From NCBI RefSeq assembly GCF_022846255.1, contig NZ_AP025682.1: DNA of 64,000 nt. One strand, 5' to 3'. Positions 56,613 to 64,000 of the stretch are shown here, piece after piece. The notes beneath the pieces were generated by a model. It had not been told where the DNA came from. It searched no databases and saw nothing but the letters and a program-made list of their open reading frames with translations. The position numbers were made by a program, and so were the translations under genes. This DNA comes from Escherichia coli (lineage in GTDB: Bacteria > Pseudomonadota > Gammaproteobacteria > Enterobacterales > Enterobacteriaceae). Each line of letters begins with the position of its first letter. The first letter of the stretch is position 1.

Positions 56613-56621
56613 GACGGGTAT

Positions 56622-56646
56622 GGCGGCCATGCGAAACATGGCCGCC
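56622..56646. terminator. Bidirectional hairpin terminator between convergent yehS and yehR
   Basis: GGCGGCCATG-cgaaa-CATGGCCGCC (10-bp perfect stem). Confidence 0.7.
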
Positions 56647-56652
56647 GACAGA

Positions 56653-57114
56653 TTATTTCACTTCTTTAAAACCAGCGGCTTTCATCACCAGTTCCATTTG
56701 CGCCATAGTGATACCTTTTTTGGCATCTTCAGCAGAAACGTTGATTCCTGAAATACCCTGCAGGGCTTTAAAATCCACTTTTTCCATATCAATAGTCACG
56801 TTTTCCTGCGCGTAGGTATCGGTATAGGTTAATTTTTCTTCAACACCTGCGATGTTTTTGTATTTGGCGCTTAACGGCTCAAGTGTCCTGGCGGCATCTT
56901 CTTTGGTGGTTGCACCAATGGAGGCAAATTGAATTTTGGTTTCAGAAGATTGCTTAAGCACCTTGTCACCTTTGTAGACATAGGTAATGGCAATTTCAGT
57001 GCCGTTCAGATTGGCGCTGAATTTCTTTGATTCTTCTTTGTCACCGCAGCCAGCAAGAGAGAAAACCAGAACAGATGCAACAACAAGGGAAAACAGCTTA
57101 TTGAAAGCCTTCAT
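56653..57114 (-). CDS. yehR: DUF1307 lipoprotein
   Basis: 153 aa with lipobox (VFSLAGC). Confidence 0.88.
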   Translation of the reverse strand: MKAFNKLFSLVVASVLVFSLAGCGDKEESKKFSANLNGTEIAITYVYKGDKVLKQSSETKIQFASIGATTKEDAARTLEPLSAKYKNIAGVEEKLTYTDTYAQENVTIDMEKVDFKALQGISGINVSAEDAKKGITMAQMELVMKAAGFKEVK

Positions 57115-57238
57115 GTAAAACTCCATTTTATTTAATCAAGGAACTGGTGACTCTCACCAGGGGCTATATAGGATATGCCTAATACTGTGGCGTGAGCAGT
57201 CCGGAACAGGAGTAGAACTCTTAATAAAAAGCACTATT

Positions 57239-59242
57239 TCATCCTTGTTGCTGAAGCATGGGGAATAATTGTTCGCAAAGCAAAACACCGTTATTCATTG
57301 CTTCTACCCGTGCCTCGCTTTCTGTATTACGAAATTGTCCCAACACATGTGCCAGCCGATAAAAACCCACCGCGGTGAGGTCATTCGCCAGCAACTCTGC
57401 CTGACCAATAGCACTCTGTTCCTGATAGCGCCAGCCGTTATGGAGCAGTTGAATAAGTAACGCCTGGCAGCGCATCAGCAACTGATGAGCGGTAGACGGC
57501 ACAGGCAGAACGCTGGCAGAAGGTAGCGGTGCCACAGGCGCAGTTTCTGCGTCCAGCGCCCAGGCGCGGGTTTTTGTCATCATCACCCGTGGTTCCAGTG
57601 TTAATTGCCCCTCTACAAAACTGACAAAGCCAGAAACCAGGCTCACGGGGTCGTCTGTTTGTTGCAAAAGCGCCGCCATGCGTTCAACGGCAAAAGGAGA
57701 ACAGGCAGATGCCGGAAGGGATAACGTCAGCACATTATCTTCCCCTTCGCCGCTGATTACCTGCGCATCCAGTGTCTGGCGGCTGCTATCCCAACCGAGC
57801 GAAATACACTCCGCTACCGGCAGAATAAATAAGTTATCGACCTGGTTGAGTGGTCGTATGCAGGCGGGGGGACGCTGGCGTAAATATTCCCGCAAAGCCA
57901 CAATGCCCGGCTGGCGCAACGGCGCGCTCAACATTAGCCAGGCGTCTGGCGACAGTGGAACAACGCCACTCAAGCGGTTACGGGTCGCGAACAGCAGCTC
58001 GCAATCGGCACTGCGTTTTGCAGCTTGTGAAACAATTTGCCCACCTGCCAGTGCGCCAGCCTGAAAACTAAACAGCCGACGCGTCGCTGCCGGTGAGTTT
58101 TCCTGTTCGCTTCTCTGCCAACTACGCGAAAGATGCAAAATACTTCCTGTGTCGGGATCGGTAAACCAGATGCGTAAACCATACTGCTCAATATCCTGCC
58201 AGCAACGCATACCTAAAGACACCAGCCGCAGATGATCAAGTTTTGCTTCTCCGGCAATACCAGCGCCAACGACCGTGCGCCACGGCATGGGAGGAACTTC
58301 ACCGATACTGTCGCGTCGCGCCATCTCTTGTACGCAATTTAATCGACTGTTTAATGCCGCAAGCTGACGTAAGCATTCTCCGGCATGGTAGTGGCTGGCA
58401 CGGGCGTGGAAGGCATCAACACTGGCGCGCAATTGCCGTAGCGATTCACTCACCCATCGCCAGTTGCAGCGTTCCGCCGCTTGCTGCGCGCGACTGAAAG
58501 CGGCCTCGTAATGGATTGGCGGTTGACTTATCCCGCCCAGCCATAATGCCTGGCTTAATTGCTGAACATATTGACGACACGTTTTGCCTTCTTCGCTGGC
58601 AAACGGATCATCAGATGATGTGGCGTGTTCACTGCGCATCTGCCAGATTAAATGAGTAAATTCCGCTTGCTGAGTTTTGGCCTCGACGAAGGCCTGCACA
58701 GCCAGTACGACATGTTCGCAAAGTGTGCCTTCAATGCAATCACAGCGTGCGAAGCGAATGCTGCTGCGGGAATAAAAACGCACATCGCTCATCGGTAATC
58801 GGGCAGAGGGAATTTCGCCAGGCGCACAGAACAACTCAATGGTGATGCCTTTAGCGACCAGCGCCTGCGCGCGTTTGCGGGTGGCATCGGGCAAGGTAGC
58901 CAGTTCTTTCAGCCAGATTGCCGGATCCCACTCTTCTTCTTTTTTTTCCGTAGGCTGGGCGGTGGCACAAAGTCGTTGATAACTTAACACCAGCATCACG
59001 CGATGACGGCACATGCCGCTGGCCCCGCAGGTGCACTGAGCCTCTTTCAGTGCCTGACTGTTCGCCAGCTGTGTACGGACACCGTCACTGAAAGTGGCGA
59101 TTAAAGCGCCGTTCTCATGGCTGATCTCCGGGACGTTGCCATTTTCCAGTTCCTTAAGGCTGCGCTTAACAAAACCGGCATTGCTTAACGCCGTCAGTGC
59201 CTGTGGTGTCAGTTCTAATAATTCCGGACGTAGTGAATTCAT
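57239..59242 (-). CDS. yehQ: SWIM zinc-finger-containing protein (last gene of the yehL cassette)
   Basis: Two CxC…CxH SWIM-like motifs (CTCGASGMCRH, CDCIEGTLCEH); chosen ATG overlaps the yehP stop as ATGA; exact start uncertain (track ORF extends to 59266). Confidence 0.8.
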   Translation of the reverse strand: MNSLRPELLELTPQALTALSNAGFVKRSLKELENGNVPEISHENGALIATFSDGVRTQLANSQALKEAQCTCGASGMCRHRVMLVLSYQRLCATAQPTEKKEEEWDPAIWLKELATLPDATRKRAQALVAKGITIELFCAPGEIPSARLPMSDVRFYSRSSIRFARCDCIEGTLCEHVVLAVQAFVEAKTQQAEFTHLIWQMRSEHATSSDDPFASEEGKTCRQYVQQLSQALWLGGISQPPIHYEAAFSRAQQAAERCNWRWVSESLRQLRASVDAFHARASHYHAGECLRQLAALNSRLNCVQEMARRDSIGEVPPMPWRTVVGAGIAGEAKLDHLRLVSLGMRCWQDIEQYGLRIWFTDPDTGSILHLSRSWQRSEQENSPAATRRLFSFQAGALAGGQIVSQAAKRSADCELLFATRNRLSGVVPLSPDAWLMLSAPLRQPGIVALREYLRQRPPACIRPLNQVDNLFILPVAECISLGWDSSRQTLDAQVISGEGEDNVLTLSLPASACSPFAVERMAALLQQTDDPVSLVSGFVSFVEGQLTLEPRVMMTKTRAWALDAETAPVAPLPSASVLPVPSTAHQLLMRCQALLIQLLHNGWRYQEQSAIGQAELLANDLTAVGFYRLAHVLGQFRNTESEARVEAMNNGVLLCEQLFPMLQQQG

Positions 59243-60375
59243 GACTGAAGATTCTCCGCAAGCCATGATGCCAGCTCGCCCGGTGTCATGGCGGCTATTT
59301 GTGCGCCGACATTTACCAGCGCCTGGGCCGTATCGTGGTCATAGCAAGGTGTTGCGCTGCTATCGAGCGCCGCCAGTCCCAGCACTTTGATGCCGCTCTG
59401 GACACACTTTTTCACCTGATGCGTCAGCAATGATGATGACCCACCTTCATAAAAATCGCTCACGAGAATAATGACACTTTTTGCAGGTTGTTCAATAAGT
59501 TGCCGACCATACTCCACGGCACTGGCGATATTGGTCCCGCCGCCCAGTTGTACTTTCATTAATAACTCTACCGGATCGGCAACGTCTGCCGTGAGATCAA
59601 CCACGCTGGTGTCAAAAGCGACCAGATGGGTACGAATGCCGGGTAACTGCCATAAACAGGCCGCCATCACTGCGGAGTGGATCACCGAATCAACCATCGA
59701 TCCGCTTTGATCAACCAGTAGGACCAGTTGCCATTGTTCGCTATGGCGTTTAATGCGGCTGTTAAAGCGGGGGGATTCGATATACAACTTGCCGTGTTGC
59801 GGGTGCCAGTGTTGCAGGTTGGCGCGCAGAGTACTTTTGAAATCAAAGTTTCGCGCCAGTGAAATAAATGAGCGGCGACGGCGATCGCGTACTCCAGAAA
59901 AAGCCTGACGAACTTCCTTTGCCAGTCGCGCCATAATCTCTTCAACAACCTGGTGCACTATCCGGCGGGCGGCAGCCAGTACTTCGGGATTCATCAGATG
60001 TTTGGCGTGCAAAACGGCGCGTAGCAGGCTTTCAGAAGGCTGCATACGTTCCAGCACGTCGAGATTCGTCACCACATCTTCAATGCCGTAGCGCAGCACG
60101 GCATCGCTTTCCAGCCGCTCGATCACCCGTTGCGGAAACAGCGTGTGAATGCTGTTGATCCACTCAGGGGTGGTGAGATTTGAACGACCTAATCCACCGT
60201 AACGTTCACCACGCTGGAGCCGTTCAGGATCGCGCCCATACAGCCACTCCAGCGCGTGGTCTATCTGCCGGGCGTTGTCATCCAGCCCACAAAGCGTCGT
60301 TTCTGCCGCTTCGCCAAGAATTAATCGCCAGCGTTGTAGCTCACGGGTGGTCAGAAGATCGTTCAGTTCAGACAT
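59239..60375 (-). CDS. yehP: von Willebrand factor A (VWA) domain protein
   Basis: 378 aa from MSELNDLLTTREL…; MIDAS motif DQSGSM; start overlaps the yehM stop by 8 nt. Confidence 0.88.
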   Translation of the reverse strand: MSELNDLLTTRELQRWRLILGEAAETTLCGLDDNARQIDHALEWLYGRDPERLQRGERYGGLGRSNLTTPEWINSIHTLFPQRVIERLESDAVLRYGIEDVVTNLDVLERMQPSESLLRAVLHAKHLMNPEVLAAARRIVHQVVEEIMARLAKEVRQAFSGVRDRRRRSFISLARNFDFKSTLRANLQHWHPQHGKLYIESPRFNSRIKRHSEQWQLVLLVDQSGSMVDSVIHSAVMAACLWQLPGIRTHLVAFDTSVVDLTADVADPVELLMKVQLGGGTNIASAVEYGRQLIEQPAKSVIILVSDFYEGGSSSLLTHQVKKCVQSGIKVLGLAALDSSATPCYDHDTAQALVNVGAQIAAMTPGELASWLAENLQS

Positions 60376-62646
60376 GGAAAACTCCCCAGTGTTGCAGCGA
60401 TGCCAGTGCCTGCTGTTCGAGTTGTTGATGATGTGCAATGTCTTGTGGTGGACAATGCAACGGCATTTGCAGTGCCGAAACGGGAAGTTGCACCAGTTGA
60501 TAATGCTCAAGCACCTGATGTGCCAGCGTCCCGCGTTCTCGTGGTGGTAGCCAGGCCATCGCCGCGCGTAAATCGGGCAGGGCATTGATAAAATCGGCAT
60601 CACTCAGTTGATTTAAATGACTGCTGAAACCGGCGATAAATACCGGCTGACAGGCCAGTTGATGACGGGCTAATGCCAGCAAACCGTGCAGCGCCTCGCC
60701 GGATTGTGCCGGGGATAACTGCGCCAGCATCGTCAGCGCCGTTTCGGCACTGGCGTTGGGATGTTCCAGACGCATCAGTGCGCCAAGAGTCGCGCCGCGA
60801 TCCAGCGCCGGGGCATGAATCGCCTGACTGCGGCGCTCCAGTAAGGCTACTGCCGCAGAAAGCGAAACGCCGGGTAAATTAACGCCGCTATGTAGATCGC
60901 GCAGGATATGGCAAAGCGCCTGCCAGCTATGCAGGTGAGTGTGAAACTCCTTTTCATCCGGTCTGCCGTTGGATTCACATAGCCAGAGTGTGCGATCGAT
61001 AGCCGCGCATAACGTCGTCTGTAATATCTGCGCGCCTTGCATACCGCTAATTTCATCCAGCCGCCATAAGGCATATAGCACTTCCAGCGCCTGGCCCATT
61101 TCGGCGAATTGATTTTCCTGGGCGATTAATAATGTGAGTTGCTCCAGTAATTGTTGACTGAAGGACGCCAGACCCGCTAACGCCGCCTGGCTAAGACATG
61201 TGGTGATACTGCCGATTCCACCCGCGTCCAGCATATCGGCTTCTAATTTATTGCGTGCGGCTTCCTGGAGTGTGGCACCAAAGCAGGCGGCCTCAATTAA
61301 TGCCGCATGTTGCTAAGCGGGCGGGTTAATTTCCAGCGTTCTTCACCGTTGCCTGCAAGTGTCAGTGTGCTTCCCTGCTGGCGTACAATCCCTGGGATCT
61401 CCAGTATTGCCAGCCGATGTAACACCTGACTTTGCGCTAGTCCATTGGGGGTAAAGCGATTTAAGGTAAGCTCCGCCGGAAGAGAGATTGCGGTACGTTC
61501 CAGTTCGCAGGTGACATCTTTTGGCAGAGGCGGTTGTGGCGTAGAAGGGGCAAGTTTACCGAATCCGTCACCCGCTAATGTGTCTATCAACGTTAGCAGA
61601 ATCGGATCGGTATCGGGATGAATAACGCCGCGATAGCTCCACGGCAACGGCGCATTCAGGGCTTCTTTAATCAGCGATCCTGCTATGGCATCCAGCCAGT
61701 CAGTGCGTAACGGTAGTGTATGACCGCGCAACTGTGCCAGTGCCATCGCATGCAGATGAGCGGCAGCCATATCCGCGGTCGAAGCAGGCAACTTGTGCTG
61801 GCGCAAACGGGTGAGAACCGTTTTTAGCAATTGTTCTCCCGTCTGCTGTAAGCCCCACTGCCAGCACCAGTTTTGCCAGACCGGGGCAGGCATTCCTGAA
61901 AGGTATCCTGCCAGCACATCAAGGCGCTTTTCACTGTAGGGGGTGAGATAACAACCTGTAACGGCATCTGCCAGCGACGGCAATTCTGGCGTGTTAATTA
62001 CCTGCGGACATTCGCGCCACATTTTTGCCAGTGCCGGAGCGTGCCAGCCACCGCAGACAACTAACACGTCGCCATTATTTTGCTGCATCGCCCATGTAAT
62101 CCAGCGGGCCATAAAGGCTTCGCGCTGACGATTGAGAGCATCTCCGGGGGAGTCGCCCCGCAGTTGGGCAAAATAGTGCGCCAGTGCAGAGGGTAATGCA
62201 GTTTGCTGGCTTTCATCTTCGAACAAGTGATCCCACAGGGTGTCGCTGTTATCCATGCGGGTGGCACGCAGCAGCAAGGTCTGGCTTTCCTCTTGCGTAT
62301 CAGGCGAATCGTCCTCTTCTTCACTCTGCGCCCAGCAAGGCAAATCGATGAAGTAAGTTTGTGCCTGAATACGACGAGCGGCTTGTAGCGCCTGCCACTC
62401 CGGCGAAAATTCAGCATATGGCGTCCAGGCACCACGCCCGGGGGCTGCACCGTCCTGATACTGGCAATAACTGTAAATAGCTACCGGAAGCTGGTGGGCT
62501 AAAAACAGTTCGTCTACCCGGTCATTAAAATCAGCCGGGCCTTCAATCAACACGTATCGTGGCCGCTGGCTTTCGATTAACGATTTCACCAGCCGGGCGC
62601 AGGCCGGACTATGATGCCGGATGCCGACAATTAACGGCTCGCTCAT
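60368..62646 (-). pseudogene. yehM: Large uncharacterized protein of the yehL cassette, interrupted by a frameshift in this sequence
   Basis: Two abutting minus-strand ORFs in different frames (61297..62814 and 60368..61234); the upstream frame stops at 61297-61299, the downstream frame is open only below 61313. Confidence 0.6.
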
Positions 62647-62656
62647 GCATCTTTCC

Positions 62657-63745
62657 TCACGGCAGGCGGTGGCGGGCTTGATAATAAGCCTGCCAGTGAG
62701 CTTCTTTATGTGTGGCGACTCGCTGTTCGAAGTAACGGCGCAGACGAGCGCGATCTTCTTCGTTATCTTTGACGATGGTTCCGGCAATACAGTCCACCAG
62801 ATCGGCTGGCTCACCTGCGCGATTCGCTAAAAACCAGGCGCGGACGCCCACTGCGTGGGCCACGTTCACGGCTTCAGCGGTGGACATAATTGCCGTCAGG
62901 GTATCCATTGACGTTTTCTTTTCGCCGTTGGCACGCAGATCGCGGAAGGTGCGGACCAGTAACTCCAGTACCGCGTCAGGCACTTTATGCGGAATACCGC
63001 TATGGGCCAGCAAACGCGCCGAAGCACTGGCGACCAGTTCCAGCTCCTGGGCGAAATCCATAATCGGAAAGACGGTTTCAAAATCGAAGCGACGCTTTAG
63101 CGCGGCACTCATCTCATTGACGCCGCGATCGCGTGTATTGGCAGTGGCAATAATATTAAAGCCTTCCCGCGCATAGAGCTGACTGGCTTCACCGGTGAGT
63201 TCCGGCACCGTCATCACCCTGTCAGAAAGCATACCTAACAGACAGTCTTGTACTTCCAGCGGTGTACGCGTTATCTCTTCAAAACGGACGATTTTGCCGT
63301 CGCGCATTCCCTGGTAAAGCGGGGCAGGGACCAGTGCTTCCGTTGACGGACCATGGTTGATAAGCAGGGCGTAGTTCCAGCCGTACTTGATTTGATCTTC
63401 GGTGGTAGATGCGCCGCCCTGGATGGTTAACCCGGCATCGCCGCTAATAGCGGTTGCCAGTAATTCAGACAGGAGAGATTTTGCGGTGCCAGGTTCCCCC
63501 ACCAACATCAAACCGCGCCCGGTGGCAAGAGTGACTAACATACGTTCGACAGCGGAGGGACTAATCACCACTTTACGGCTAATATTTTGCGCGCTATCGC
63601 CAAGGATAAAAGCACGGGCCGCAGGCAAACTTAACTGCCAACCGGGCGGGCAAGGTGCGTGATCATTTTGTTTTAATTTTGCCAGTTCATCGGCGTATAA
63701 CACAGCGGCAGGCGGACGCTGCAGATGATTATTCTGCGGTGACAT
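62657..63745 (-). CDS. yehL: MoxR-family AAA+ ATPase
   Basis: 362 aa from MSPQNNHLQRPP…; Walker A LVGEPGTAKS, Walker B and sensor regions. Confidence 0.9.
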   Translation of the reverse strand: MSPQNNHLQRPPAAVLYADELAKLKQNDHAPCPPGWQLSLPAARAFILGDSAQNISRKVVISPSAVERMLVTLATGRGLMLVGEPGTAKSLLSELLATAISGDAGLTIQGGASTTEDQIKYGWNYALLINHGPSTEALVPAPLYQGMRDGKIVRFEEITRTPLEVQDCLLGMLSDRVMTVPELTGEASQLYAREGFNIIATANTRDRGVNEMSAALKRRFDFETVFPIMDFAQELELVASASARLLAHSGIPHKVPDAVLELLVRTFRDLRANGEKKTSMDTLTAIMSTAEAVNVAHAVGVRAWFLANRAGEPADLVDCIAGTIVKDNEEDRARLRRYFEQRVATHKEAHWQAYYQARHRLP

Positions 63746-63861
63746 ATATTCATCCCTGAAATGTATTAATGAAATAAACGATATTTTACGCGCAATAAAT
63801 GTTTGCCGCATTAGTTGTTTGAGCGAAAAATATCTGGAAAGCAGATCACAGTAAATAAAAA

Positions 63862-63892
63862 AACCTGCTGGTGAGGCAGGTTCTTTTATTTA
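63862..63892. terminator. Bidirectional rho-independent terminator upstream of yehL
   Basis: AACCTGC-tggtgag-GCAGGTT flanked by an A-run (5') and CTTTTATTT (3'). Confidence 0.7.
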
Positions 63893-64000
63893 CTATTTTC
63901 AGGCCTAACACCACAGCCTGTGCAACATCGTGTTCCAACGAACGAATTATAACCACGGCTGGACCCCGTTGCAATTAAGATAATGAGATTTATAATCCAG

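Noticed and set aside
60368-62814. Treating the two yehM ORFs as separate genes, and extending yehM to the track start at 62814
   Set aside because: The upstream fragment ends at the frameshift with no RBS or start context for the downstream one; the extension to 62814 would overlap yehL extensively, whereas the ATG at 62646 gives the standard short intergenic spacing.

Overview
This window is a collinear stretch of Escherichia coli chromosome (K-12-like gene order, roughly yeiR to yehL, shown reverse-complemented relative to the usual K-12 map). Gene names come from recognising the translated proteins from memory; no database search was run. It is core genome: I found no transposase, integrase, phage gene, CRISPR array, tRNA or rRNA. 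Content in order: yeiR (partial), yeiQ, yeiP/efpL, yeiW, setB, fruBKA, psuK-psuG-psuT, yeiL, rihB, nupX, yeiI, nfo, yeiH, yeiE, lysP, cirA, yeiG, folE, yeiB, galS, mglBAC, preA, preT, yeiS, sanA, cdd, yohK, yohJ, dusC, yohP, mdtQ, yohF, yohD, yohC, pbpG, dld, bglX, osmF-yehYXW, yohO, mlrA, btsSR, yehS, yehR and yehQ-yehP-yehM-yehL. Intergenic regions carry REP/BIME repeats, hairpin terminators, and recognisable Cra, CRP, GalR/GalS and Fur operator motifs. The best candidate for an undescribed system is the translationally coupled yehL-yehM-yehP-yehQ cassette (MoxR-type AAA+ ATPase, large unknown protein, VWA protein, SWIM zinc-finger protein); this is inference from domain motifs, not a demonstrated function. 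In this sequence yehM is split by a frameshift. Other points worth a second look: a duplicated nucleoside-catabolism module, the HTH-kinase fusion yeiI next to nfo, an apparently intact mdtQ, and a GC-rich multi-hairpin element between dusC and yohP. Where the six-frame track ORFs carried N-terminal extensions I trimmed them to the most plausible start.
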